Origin: Lingula anatina
Taxonomy: Eukaryota; Animalia; Brachiopoda
DNA length: 64,000 nucleotides
Direction of reading: 5' to 3'
Assembly (NCBI GenBank): GCA_051362555.1
Contig: CM120642.1
Span: forward strand, 620,001-684,000
Shown: positions 12,131 to 24,800 of the stretch, in pieces
Numbering within the stretch: position 1 is the stretch's first letter
Layout: the number at the start of each line of letters is the position of its first letter
Notes under the pieces: generated by a model
Seen by the model: only the letters and a program-made list of their open reading frames with translations
Databases searched by the model: none
Told to the model about the DNA's origin: nothing
Translations under genes and position numbers: made by a program

Positions 12131-13501
12131 GTAAGTTTTATGAATTCATCAGATAATAGAAATGGTTGGAAATATGTGATTTAAAATAATGGAAATGATG
12201 GGGTGGAATAGTAGATAATATAAGTGAGCCTGTGTGTAGGAGTTGATGACACTTCCTGTACTGAGATTCTGTATCTGAAATATTTGTTTGTTAAGTTTTC
12301 ATCCAAGTTCTGTGTACACAGTTTTTACATAATTACAATGCCTAAGACTTCAGGCACGGCTGCACATAGTTGAATTTGTGCAGTTTAACGCAACAAAATG
12401 CCAGCAGTCCTCATTGGGTGAAATAAACTATTTTATAATCTTCTTTTGTTGATTACATGTCTGTCTCTACATACAGGTATCAGCTGTGGCAGAAATGTCT
12501 GCTGTATAAAAACAGCTGCAACAGCAACAATTTTTGAAATATCTCTCAACCGTAAGTAAATGAAAATGAACTGCACTATATTTAATGGGGATATACCCCA
12601 TGTGATGAAAATATTCAATGTTATAAATCATTTCCACCCCAGGTTACTCGCAAGTCATAATAAAAATAATAAATGGTCAGGTTTACTATTGTGAACTTGG
12701 CTGCCTAATAAATAAGCCCCTGAACCACTAGGGTGGTGACCCCTTTACAGGCATCGTTGGTCCAAAGGTTTTGTAGTGAACATTCGCACCAATCAACGTT
12801 CGGACTATTGAACCTTTGGACTATTGCTACAGCCCCCACGTTAACAATACCACCCAGCTAAAACGGGAGACCCCGCTGCCCATGGGAGCCCAGGTTGCCA
12901 TAGAGACTGCCAGGGAGACTGCTCTTTTGCAGTCTGGGGCTCCAGTGTGCTTTCTCCTTGAGAAGGCAGTCTGCAAAGGGGGCTGCAATAACTTAAACAT
13001 TTTGCAGGAGACTGCAAACGAAACTGAAATAACTGACATTTTCAGAGGATTGTGTACACCTTGACACCACTATACCTGTATAGCTCTCATATCGAAACCG
13101 GCAACTGACTAAAATTGTATATCATGGACAGTTTTTACCCAGACAACATGCATACTGTACTAACTTCTTAGATATACCGCGGGTATAATCTAGACGCTAG
13201 GGGCTCTAATCCACCGTTGAAAGATCCTATAGGTACGGTACGCGATTCCCGACTTGGGTTATGCCCGGAGAGAAGAGTAATGCCACTGTTTAGTTACAAA
13301 AATCAAAACTCGTTTATTGCCAGGTCGCAGCCTGATTTTATACCTAACTTTGCGTGACAGACTTGTATTTTTATTGAGACTTTACTATAATTAAAGGAGA
13401 TAAGATAAAGAGATTAACTTTAGATAAGAGCTATAAACTTCTATTGACATGTATTACGAGTCGCGTGCCCAAGCCGGTAACTCAGATCGAATAAATTTCC
13501 A

Positions 13502-16068
13502 TTTTTATGTACAGACACATCTGTGTCTGTACATATAGCCATCACCTGCGTCTGTCGTCATCGTCGTCGTCGCCGTGCACTTTTACTGATAACGTGATAA
13601 GTGGAAAACCGTTTTCTCTTTTGGTTTGAAACTTACAGAATTGATGAATATTTATAGTACGCAGGTCAAGCTCGAAAATCAGCATGATCGGGTCACTTTT
13701 AGGGAAGTTATGCTGTTTTTTCATTTTTTTTTCAGCATATATGCAGCACCGATAGCACGATAAGTGGAAAACCATTTTACCTTTTGGCTTGAAACTTACA
13801 GAACTGATGAATATTCATAATCTGCAGGCCAAGTTTGAAAATCAGCATTATCGGGCCATTTTTAGGGAAGTTATGCTGCTTTTTCACTTTTTTCAGCATA
13901 TATGCAACACTGAAAACATGATAAGTGGAAAACTGTTTTACCTTTTGCCTTGAAACTTACAGAATTGATGAATATTCATAATAGGCAGGTCAAGTTCAAA
14001 AATCAGCACGATCAGGTCATTTTTAGGGAAGTTATGCTGTTTTTTCACTTTTTCAGCATATATGCAACACCTATTACACATTTTAAGGAAAATTGATTGG
14101 CCAATTGTCTTGAAATTTGCAGGAATGACCAGTGTTACTAAAATACAGATTATGTCTTGAAAATAAGCTTGGTTTGTTAAGTTTTGGTGAAGTTATGCAT
14201 TTTTTTGTATATAAGTGTTTTTTCCTCAGGCACATTAACAGTCTCATTTTGTAACTAATTAGATATGTAAAGTTGTTCTTTTGACATTTTCTGCATCTTT
14301 ACAATATTGTTAGTTGATTATATAAAAATGATAGTAAACCTGTTATTGTGTATTTTGTAATAAAGTGTCAAAAATGGAAATAAAATCATATCTTTACAGT
14401 TTGTCAGATTCAATCATTCACTATGTTCAGAATCTCTGAATGGAGCAAATTAGACATTTAAAATTGTTCTACTGATATTTTTCCTATGTCAACAATTTTT
14501 TTAGTTGATCATTTAAAAATGACAGTAAATTGATTATTTTGTTTTATGTAAAAAAGGTGCTGAAAATGGTAAGAAAATCATTTCAGTACAGTTGTCTCTT
14601 GTTTACATTTTGGCATTTTGAAGGTGTGACTCTTAACTTCCATGGCCTTGAAGACCTTTTCATGTCACATTTTCTGAATATCCATGATACTTTTATTTTA
14701 TTATTTAAAATTGATGGTTATTATACTGTTAAGCATTATGTAATATTGCATCAAAATGGAAAAAAAACTTTTTTGGACACTGATGACCATCAAAGGAAAA
14801 CCATGTTACTTGTGGTACTTACTGAAAAGTGCATCTTGTGTTGGAAAATCAGTGTGATTGTTTTCTGTTTTGTAAGCAATGCAGTTCTATAGAGTGCTAT
14901 ATGATGATACTGTATGGATGGCAGTCTATGGAATTGTCCCTTGGGTGATCGCTAATTAAATTAAGGTCAATAAAGTCTTGCCTAGTAATTAATTTTCAAT
15001 TGGCCATTAAATGAGATTACATAGAACACTCTGTTGAGATTTCCCTGTTAAGTCCCATAGGTTTAGCTTTCTTAACTGTGTCACATAATTAGGATTTGGT
15101 GATAATTATGCAGGTAAATGTTGTTTAATATTGCAAATAAATTTACAACAGAAAAAAATTGTGTTATGCCAACATGCTATAGATGAATAACAATACCTTA
15201 TTTTTCTCAAACTCAGTGGGGTTATTCATATCATGTTAATACAGCTAGATTAAAAGTTTGAATAGCAGCTTTATTGGAATTTTTTGTTATGTTTTCTTTA
15301 AAAAAAATTTTATTATTTTTCAAACACTAGCATCTTCAAAATGTGTCTTCTAAGTCCCATCCTCCAGAAGTGCTGTGCATTTTCCGTATTTCCACATGAG
15401 CAGTTGTATTTATTTTTATGTCTTTAAACATTATGTAATATTATTTTATGCACTGTCATCATTTTTCACATATTGAGATTTTCATTATGTGAATTTGAAC
15501 TCTCACATATGGTCCTGAAAATGTAATTTTTTTCACCACGTTACCTGTTGTGAATGATTAAATTTAAAGGGATAATAACTGTTCGTTTTGGCCAAAAATT
15601 GAATTTTCCTGGAGTAAACCACAATTTTCCCATAATTAAAAATGGTAAATGAATCAATTTCTACATTCAAAGTTAGTCCGTGAATTTTTTCTAAAAAGTT
15701 TTTTTCTTTTTTGTAATAATCTCTTAGGAGATTATAACAGAGTATATCCATCTGTGGAGGTCTCATGGTGCAATGTCAAGCTCAGATATCAGAATAATAG
15801 TTATAACTGCCATTTTTGTGGTAAAACAGAATATATTATATTTCTATGAGTTTTTTACAATGTCTTATTGTAGAATATACAAATGTAGATCTCATACAAA
15901 GAGTTATTATCCCTTTAAGTCTTGGTTGTGCTGTTATAAGTATTATTTAATATTGTATCAAAATTGAGAAAATGACCTATTTTCTGCATCTTTTTAAGGT
16001 GTGACTCATGGGACTGAAGACCTTTACTGGTCACATTTGTAATTTTCCCTTGGGAATAAGTTAAAAGC
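13502..16068 (+). mobile_element. Helentron-type non-autonomous element (HINE / pearl / DINE-1 architecture), 3' end deleted
   Basis: T-run, hairpin tatgtacagacaca..tgtgtctgtacata, (GTC)n tract and about 3 tandem ~161-bp units. Confidence 0.8.
15568..15914. mobile_element. Kolobok/T2-like MITE (TTAA-AGGG...CCCT-TTAA); split at 53019-56751 in copy B; partial copies ~17080-17282 and ~22380-22770
   Basis: TIR agggataataact / agttattatccct flanked by TTAA. Confidence 0.75.
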
Positions 16069-17945
16069 TTAAAACATTTGTTAATATAATTCTATTACGA
16101 TTCTATTATTAAACTCATACAATACGTTGTGCCAATGTTGGAGAATGGTTAGTTAGCATCAAATTAAGTTGGGCTTGTGATTAAAATTAACTGGTAACTT
16201 TCAATAGGCCAAATTCATTTCAAGCCAGGGGCATGTTTATCTTAACTGTCAGCTTGATATAAACAGTTCGCCTACAGCTTGCTCAATCAGGTCAAATAAC
16301 TATACATAGCACAGTATTAAGCGGGCAACCGTTGAGCTGTTTCAAAAATCTAAGCCAGAAGCTATGTCAGGAATCCATAGAGGATCCATAGAGCCTTGGA
16401 AAGTGTTAATCTTTCACCCAGCACTTTGAATTCTGTTTGTGGTTGTGATCTTATAGGATCCTATAGGACTTTTTCGTTAGGGGAGGGACTGCCCTTGCAG
16501 TCCCCCTGGCAGCGCGTTCCAAAAATGCAAATTAAGACTGCCAAGGGGACTCCCTCCATATTTAAGGATACCCGCAAAAGAGACTGCCATGGGAGCAGGG
16601 ACTTCTAGGGAGACTGCAAGGCAGGCTCCATAGGGAGACTGTAAAGGAGACTGCAAGCAGACTGCAAAGGGGACTGCTTTTCTAGTTGGGCAGTCACAAA
16701 TGTACTACCCCGACGTAGAATTACTTGCCTCAAGCTTTCCATTTCATTACACAAACAGCTTCCATCTGGGTCTCGCTCGGTATACAAATGAATCCTGCAG
16801 GTTCTTTTTATTTGGCAGTAAAGCATTCTCAACTATCTCCAGCTCTCTTGGAACGTACCAAAGGGGTAAATAAGCATATATTTAAAGGGTTTATGTAATG
16901 AAATGCTTAGGCATATAGTTTAGGAGAGATCAAACTAACACTTCAATATTTTTATTAGCTGAAACGTAACATTGATGTTTTCAATGTTACTTTGTTATCA
17001 ACATATCTTTGAAGGAAATATTATGCTCTGTTTAAAGCATAATTAAAGGACAAACAAGTATGGTATTGTTTTTTTTTTTTTTTGTTAAAATCTCTTAAGA
17101 GATTATAACAGAGTATAGCCATCAGTGTAGGTCACGTGGTCTGAAGACAAGCTCAGATATCAGAATAATAGCTATTACTGCTGTTTTTGCTGTAAAATAG
17201 AATACATTATATTTCTATGAGTTATTCACAATGTTTTTATTGTGAAATATAGACCTCGTACGAAGAGTTATTTTCCCTTTAAGAATGATCAAACTAACAG
17301 TTCAATATTTATATTGCATGAAACATTACATTGATTTATTCAATGTTATTTTGTTATCAACATATATTTTTGAAGGAAAACATTATGCTCTGTTAATAAA
17401 GCATAAGTAAAGGACAAACATATGTATGTACTCAAAATTTGGCTGGTGACACTGCTTTTACTGAAAGTAACATAAATGGTGTGAATATGATATAACCTTA
17501 AATAATGTCAAGTAATAAAAATTATGTAATGTTTTAGACCTGGAATATGCAAATATCTAAATTAATAAGGCATATTGTAATGAAAACTTTCATAATTCTA
17601 CCATATAATGCGTAAAACACAATCTGCCATTCCATGGTTCATGTCCGATTTATGTAAAGTTGCTTAAAGAAAACTCAAGGCCACATAATGACCTGTTTAA
17701 TGGTTTATTTGTTGATGCTTGGTAACTACCTGATCTACATGAGGTAACCATCTTCTGAACCCTCCAAGCAATACATCTGCCATGAAAAAGCAAACTTGTT
17801 TCTACATACTGGTATCAGAAGACTTCCTGTTTGATAACATACTTACATAATTCAAGTGATTAAGTGATGTTATGTTAAAGCAAGTCAAATCATGATTAAA
17901 ATGAAGCAATATTATCAATTTACATTTTCAAAATCTTATTTACAG

Positions 17946-18080
17946 GGAGGTGTGGGGCAAATGCCGCATGTATTAATGCAGGAAGTTGTAAAAGAGGGCC
18001 TAGTGACCAATGCAATGAAGATCTAGGATTCAAATGTGTTTGCAATCATGGATATGGAGGGGACGGAGTTAATTGTATCA
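17946..18080 (+). CDS. Atypical EGF-like exon 3, 7 Cys (RRCGANAACINAGSCKRGPSDQCNEDLGFKCVCNHGYGGDGVNCI), copy A
   Basis: tttacag acceptor, A|gtaagt donor, 135 nt, open in phase 1. Confidence 0.92.
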
Positions 18081-18628
18081 GTAAGTTTTATAAATTCCTC
18101 ACATTACTGAGAGGATCAGAAATTAGCTACTTAGGCTCTACAGGTTTATATCAGAAATATTACTTGTCAATGAGGCACGGTTCTCAGACCTTTATTTATC
18201 TATCCCCTCTTGTTTCCCCATATAAATCTCTCTTTATATACAAATATCTTTATCTTCAAGCAAAATAAATACATTTATGTGTACTAGATGAGGTATTGAC
18301 TTGATAGCAAGGTGGATCATATTAATTTACCTGTACTGATATACATATACGAGAATAGAGGTGTACCAGACTGGGTACCAAATGACTCCTAGATATACGT
18401 TGATAACAAAACTTATTAGATAGCACACCATTTCTAAATAAATGAAAAGAGGATATCATCCTTAACAAATGTCTTCTCATTTAATTGATCTTGAGTAACT
18501 GTGTGTCACGTGAATCAATACAAACTGACGTCCATTTCTTACACCTGTCAACTGATTGGATTAGTGCATGTATGTCTATACACCTGGAAGAGACATTTGA
18601 CTCAGCTACTGGTATTTTATCTTAAAAA

Positions 18629-18667
<39 letters not shown>

Positions 18668-19453
18668 ATATCCACGTCATAACATCCTAATATTGAAAAT
18701 GTACAGAAATTAAATTGAATAGAAAACTGCAATAAATTGATAAATTTTATAGCTCCTAAGCCCATGAAAGGGTTGGGAAACAGAAAATTTGTTTAAAGCA
18801 TAAAATTAAAAGAATGACAGCACTAACAACAGCCCCGATATTTGGCACTGTTTAATCCAAACTCTGACGCCAGTTAAGTAAGTTTTAGCTGCTTAAGGAT
18901 ATTGTTACCTTTTGCAAGAAACCTTGCCATTGTTTAATGAAAATCTGTAATTAGGGGCTCATAACTCCCAAATGAAACCATTAAAACAAAAATGATGGCT
19001 ACAATCTGGTGACCTTGGCACATTTTTTGTGATAAAATCTTAAGGGAGGAAGTTACGCCTCATACCAGTTTCTTTCTCACCTCAAAATAGAAATGTGTTA
19101 AACTGATAGTAAAAGTTGAATTACCTATGCTTATACATTGCAGCAAAAAATATAAATGCTGATATTTTATATTTTCAAGGGGATTTTTATTGTTTTGAAC
19201 CGGCACAAAGATAGATGCATTATTGAACAATTAGATGCAAGAAAAAACTCATTTTTCGGTATCTGGATGATAATTAAGGGTGACCATACCCTTAAAAGTT
19301 CACATAAGCAAAATTGTTTTCAGAACCGGGATCAGATGACTTTCTCTTTAATAAAAATGATAACATTATATTGTGTAAGCAAGATATATGATGATGCTGA
19401 TGTATAGTGAATGATGTCAATTTACTATTTTTCTTTTTTGAATTTATTTCCAG

Positions 19454-19588
19454 AGAAGTGTGGGGCAAATGCCATGTGTGTTCATTTAAGAACGTCTCAA
19501 ATATTGCCTCCTGACCAGTGCTTTGAAGCTATGGGCTGCAAGTGTGTTTGCAATCAAGGTTATGAAGGGGACGGATTTACTTGCAACA
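19454..19588 (+). CDS. Atypical EGF-like exon 4 (KKCGANAMCVHLRTSQILPPDQCFEAMGCKCVCNQGYEGDGFTCN), copy A
   Basis: tttccag acceptor, A|gtgagt donor, 135 nt. Lies within ORF 19411..19614. Confidence 0.92.
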
Positions 19589-19693
19589 GTGAGTTCCACG
19601 AATTCTTCAGATAATTGAATGGGTCAGAAATATGTGATTTTAAATAATCAAAGCTTAATCAACTTCATATTTTATCAATTTATTCAATTTTAG

Positions 19694-19724
19694 GTAATGC
19701 ATGTATTGTGACAAACGATCCATG
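19694..19724 (+). pseudogene. Duplicate of small exon 27294-27324 with weakened donor (gtataa)
   Basis: Reads SNACIVTNDPW. Inclusion would shift exon 5 into a frame with an early TAA. Also present at 61343-61373. Confidence 0.5.
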
Positions 19725-19827
19725 GTATAAAATTAACATTTTGATTAAATTGCTGTTGTGTTTTATAAAGCATGAAGGTTTGATCCTGCAATATTATCAA
19801 TTTGCATTTTCAAAATCTTATTTACAG

Positions 19828-19962
19828 GGAGCTGTGGGGCAAATGCCACATGTATTAATGCAGGCAGTTGTGAAAGAGGGCCTAGTGACCACTGCAATGA
19901 AGATCTTGGATTCAAATGTGTTTGCAATCATGGATATGGAGGGGACGGAGTTAATTGTATCA
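19828..19962 (+). CDS. Atypical EGF-like exon 5, 7 Cys, paralogue of exon 3 (RSCGANATCINAGSCERGPSDHCNEDLGFKCVCNHGYGGDGVNCI), copy A
   Basis: tttacag acceptor, A|gtaagt donor, 135 nt. Confidence 0.9.
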
Positions 19963-20235
19963 GTAAGTTTTATAAATTCCTCACATTACTACATGTAATA
20001 GGGTCAGAAATTAGCTACCCAGGCTCTACAAGTTTATATCTGAAATATTACTTGTCAGTGAGGCATGGTTCTCAGACCTTTATTTATCTATCCCCTCTTG
20101 TTTCCCCATATAAATCTCTCTTTCTATACAAATATCTTTATCTTCAAGCAAAATAAATACATTTATGTGTACTAGATGAGGTATTGACTTGATAGCAAGG
20201 TGGATCATATTAATTTACTTGTACTGATATACATA

Positions 20236-21889
20236 CAGGGTTACTACTTAATATGGAGTATCATTTTTTGGCGAGTAAATTTTCTATAAAATATTTATTT
20301 TCTCTCTAACTATTTTAAATCCAAAACTGAGTTGTCACTCCCTGTGTAGGCAAGTGTGTTACCTAATTACCACACAACTCTTGAAACAATTGATGCATGC
20401 AGTTGCATGTTCTGTGGTCAGAAATGTGAGGGGTGGTCTTTTCAGCAATTTCTGCCCTCGTATAAAAATGCATGGGTTTGGTTAATCTTTGGGCTGTATT
20501 TAGAGAAGCAACAAAGGGATCACTCTGAAACTTGACAGGTACCTTAGAGAAGATATGGTTCGACAGCTAAGCAACGCAGTTTACTATGGGATTCTTGCTG
20601 TCAGAGAAAATGGCCAGAAACGGACAGCCATTGTCAGGCAATTCAGCGTTTATCAGGAATCGCTAGTAAAGTCCTCCAAAGAAATGTTACAATAGGGGCA
20701 CCTACTCCAATACCTCGACCAGGATGTCCGCGTATCACACCAAGAAGACAGGTTCACCTTCTCCTTGGAGTGCGCTGTGCTGGTCGTACAAAGACAACCA
20801 GTGTCCTCAAAAAAGAGTGGCAGAATGTCATTCAAACGCCCGTTCCAAGGTCCATCGTGAACAGGAGATTACTGCAAGCCGGTTATTTTGCACATAGACC
20901 AGTAGGGAAACCACTGTTAACAGCAGGTCATATACAGCGACGTCTGCAATGGGCTGGAGACCACGTGCGTTTGCAGCCAAAACACTGGAATCACGTCATT
21001 TTCAGTGATGATGCCAGATATGGATTTTTTAGGGTTGATGGTCGGGTCCGTGTTTGCCGACGTGTACTAGAGGCATAAAATGATGATTGTGTACTGCCTA
21101 GGGTGTAAGCAGGGGGTGGTAACGTCTCTGTTTGGGGAGCATTTCATGCCGGTGCCCAAAACCAGTTGTTTTTTTCTAGGAGGCAACCTCAACCAGGATT
21201 CCTACAGAGACAGTCTACAGCAAACAATGCTTCCCTTTGTAAGAGTCATCTTCAGGAACAACTTTGTGTACCATGACGACTATGCACCCCCACATCGAGC
21301 TCGCAGAATCACTGTTTTTCTTCAAAACCAATGGGTTCAGCAACTGCACTGGCCTGCAAACTCCCCAGATATGAACCCAATTGAAAATCTGTGGGTGGAA
21401 GTAACTAACAGAATTAATAGCTATGGTCATCGGCCGGTAAATAGTGATGAACAGCGACAGGCAAATATCACTACGTGGAATGATATCCCCATCCAAATTC
21501 TGAAAAACTTATCACAGGGTATGCCATATAAGATGAGGGCGCTGCAAGCGGCTGCTGGAGGTCATACTGTTGATGACTTTTCATGATTTACTGTAATAAG
21601 TTCTTTACCTGTGTAACATATCCTTGCCCGGAGGCTACAATTTTCATTAATATTTTAGCTTTAAGTTAATACTGACATCAAACTGTTGATATGGTTTTCT
21701 GGGGGTGTTCCTTTATTTTGAATGACATCTTATGTCAGATTTGATATTATTGACCCAAATACCTCACAACAGAAGACTGGATATTTTTATCACTCAACGA
21801 CATACTTTTTTGGTGAATCAAGTCGAGAAAATTTTAAATAGCACTCAAACACGATGATAAAAAATATTGCATATTAAGTAGTAACCCTG
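20236..21889 (+). mobile_element. Full-length but frameshifted Tc1 (DD34E) transposon, 1654 bp; copy B 61885-63538
   Basis: TIR cagggttactacttaatatg with TA duplication. Motifs WNHVIFSDDARY and D-YAPPH...WPANSPDMNPI-E with 34-residue spacing. Confidence 0.93.
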
Positions 21890-21893
21890 TATA

Positions 21894-24800
21894 CAGCATT
21901 GGTCAAAAAGGTTGTCCCACCCCCATTCCCATGTACTTTGATTTACAAATGAGCACCTCACAGCTGTAACTTGTTAGAAATAGTCCTTTTTATAACAGAT
22001 ACCATGTTCTACGTGATTAATGGTTAAAAAGAATACAAAATAGTGGTGAAAATATGTACATTTTATACCATTTAGTAAAAATTATAAGAGATGCCCCCTC
22101 AAATCCACTGTTTCACTGTGACTTCTAGAGATGTAAAGAAATGTCTATTAAATTGAAAAGATGCCATCAAATGTCACCAAATTCAAACACAATTAGCATT
22201 AGGGTGTGCTCAATAAAGGTCACGTGCCTAACAGCGTGTGCATCTACCGCGTACTGCAATTATCTCCTGTAGATGGCGCGACAAGCCTTCAACATGGGTA
22301 ACAATTCTATTATGGGGGATATTGTCCCATTCATCCTAAAGAGCTTGGCGGGATCTGTCCAGACTATTTGGGAATCACTTAAAGTGATAATAAGTCTTCG
22401 TTTCGGCCAAAAAATGAATTTTCCTGGAGTGAACAACAATTTTCCCATACTTACCAATGGTTAATGAATCCTTTTTTACATTCAAAGTTAGTCCCTGGTT
22501 TTTTTGTAAAAAGTTTGGTTTTTTGTTAAAATCTCTTAAGAATCGCTAGTAAAGTCCTCCAAAGAAATGTTACAATAGGGTCTTAAGAGATTTTAACAGA
22601 GTAGAGCCATCAATGGAGGTCACGTGGTCTAAAGACAAGCTCAGATATCAGAATAATAGCTATAACTGCCGTTTTTGTGGTTAAACAGAATATATTATAT
22701 TTCTATGAGTTATTCACAATGTTTTTATTGTGAAATATAGATCTCATATGAAGAGTTATTATCCCTTTAATAATAATAATTTATTTTTCTAAAAATTAAA
22801 AATCTCAATGCGCCTTACAACATTCACTTAAAAGAGCTAAATAACACAATACTAGTATAAGAACACATTACAATTTTAAAGGACTAAGAGCTAATTTAAA
22901 GAACCAAATATTTCATATTCTAAAATGATAAGAAACTAAAGTGACAACATTTAAAATTAATCATAAAATTACAGTACACCTTATTAAAAACTAAAATTAA
23001 TTATATGATAGTTACTGATAGGCGATTCTAAAAATATGAGTCTTCAAAAGCTTTTTAAAAGTATCTATGTCACCTGCTGCTCGTATTTCAGAGGGTAAGG
23101 TGTTCCAAACTTTGGGTGCATATATCATAAATGCTCTTTCACCTTAAAATTTACCAGCTTTTTTCTCTAAGACACTGTGTTCTAAAAGTAAATGACTAAA
23201 AGTTGAAGACCTGGTAACTCTTCCATGCTGATGTTGCTTCATAAGTTCTGAGATATAAAGTGGTTTATTCTCAGTGACTGCTTTAAAAATGACACATACA
23301 ATTTTAAATAAAATTCTCTCTCTTACTGGAAGCCAGTGAAGTTCCATCAAAACAGGTGTTATATGCTCTCGGCTGTTCCATCCCATTTTAGTTACCAGCC
23401 TAGCTGCAGAATTTTGAATTAATTGAAGTTTGTTCAGATGATTTTTGCCTAAACCATATAAGAGACTGTTGCAATAATCAAGCTTAGAAGTAATGAAAGC
23501 ATGGACTAGTTTTTCAGTTGAAGTTTTGTCCAGTCAGTAAGTCACGTATCTTACTAATTCGCCAAAGTGAGTATGATGCCGATTTACAAATTTCAGAGAT
23601 CCGTCTATCCATAGTTGCATACTGATCAAAGGTGACACCTAAATCTTTCACATAGCTAGATGGATTGATGTTGACACCACCGATACAAATATCAGATTTC
23701 ATTGCATTTCCACTGTCTGACTTTGACCTTGATGTAAACCATATTAGTTCAGTTTTTCCATCATTTAGTGCTAGCATGTTTGTTTTCATCCAATTCCGAA
23801 TCTCAACTAGACAAGTTTCTATTGAGGTGATAGCCATGGAGCGATTACTTTCACTTGTGACATGAATTTGAGTGTCATCAGCAAAAATGACAGTGTTGAG
23901 ACCACGTTTAACTATTATGTCTTGTATTGGTAGCATATACAATGAGAAGAGCAATGGACCTAGCACAGACCCCTGAGGGACACCATACTCTAAAATAGTG
24001 GGCTCTGATAGCAACCACTCAATTGACACCTTTTGTGTTCCATCTTTTAGATATGAGGTTAACCAATTAAGTGCTAGATCATTTACTCCAAATCAGTACT
24101 GTAGTTTGTGCAGAAGTATGTTGTGGTCAATGGTGTCGAATGCAGCAGACAGATCTAAAAGGACTAAAATATCATCTTTTTGTTTGTCTAAGGAAAGCAT
24201 GATGTCATTATGAACCCTTAGGAGAGCTGTTTCTGTGCTATGTCCTTCTCTATAAGCTGATTGAAACTTGCCATATAGACTGTTATGAGCTAGATAGTTA
24301 TTCAGTTGTATACATGCCATTTTCTCAAGAAACTTCCCTAAGAAGGGCAATTTTGATATTGGTCGATAATTTTTAAACACTTGTTTGCACAGGCCTTGTT
24401 TTTTTTAACAAGGGTCTAACAATTGCTGTTTTGCAGTTGGATGGGAAGATGCCTGTTGTAAAAGAGAGATTCACTATCTTTAAAATAACTGGGGCCAGAA
24501 CAGTAATGCACTCTTTGATAATATGTGTTGGCACAGGATCTAAGGCAGAAGATTTAGAATTCATGCTTTTCATTAATGCTAAAACATCTTCTTCTGATAC
24601 AGGTGAAAACTCAGTCAATACTGCATGAGTACAGGTAACTGGGGTTTCTGAGATTTCTACAGAAGAATACGAAATGAGACCATTTCGAATGCTCTTGATC
24701 TTATCTGTAAAGTAGTGCACATTCCAATTAATGCCACAGGTGCTCAGTAGGATTAATATCAGGGCTCAAAGATGGTTGTCTCATCCTCAGAGCCCTTTGA

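Larger units (their letters stand above)
12853..16690. mobile_element. Non-autonomous DNA element with CCC...GGG ends (CMC/EnSpm-like), hosting nested insertions
   Basis: cccagctaaaa / tttctagttggg termini, CA on both flanks, and gagactgca sub-terminal repeats at both ends. Copy B starts at 50323 with its right end deleted near 58433. Confidence 0.55.
1..22351 (+). repeat. Large duplicated block, copy A (left end outside or at window edge)
   Basis: Colinear near-identity with 37122-64000: position 1 aaaaagggaattacactac matches 37122, and 22351 matches window end 64000. ORF pairs 205/37921, 4976/42642 and 21080/62729 also match. Confidence 0.97.

Noticed and set aside
13596-14080. Independent ~161-bp satellite DNA
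   Set aside because: Always enclosed by the same Helentron-type termini, so treated as the element's internal repeat.
19708-19998. 96-aa ORF (also 59485, 61357)
   Set aside because: Alternative frame overlapping the EGF-like exon. The Cys-rich frame has the matching splice phase.
20557-21586. Active Tc1 transposase
   Set aside because: Split into several frames with stops in both copies, although DD34E spacing is retained.
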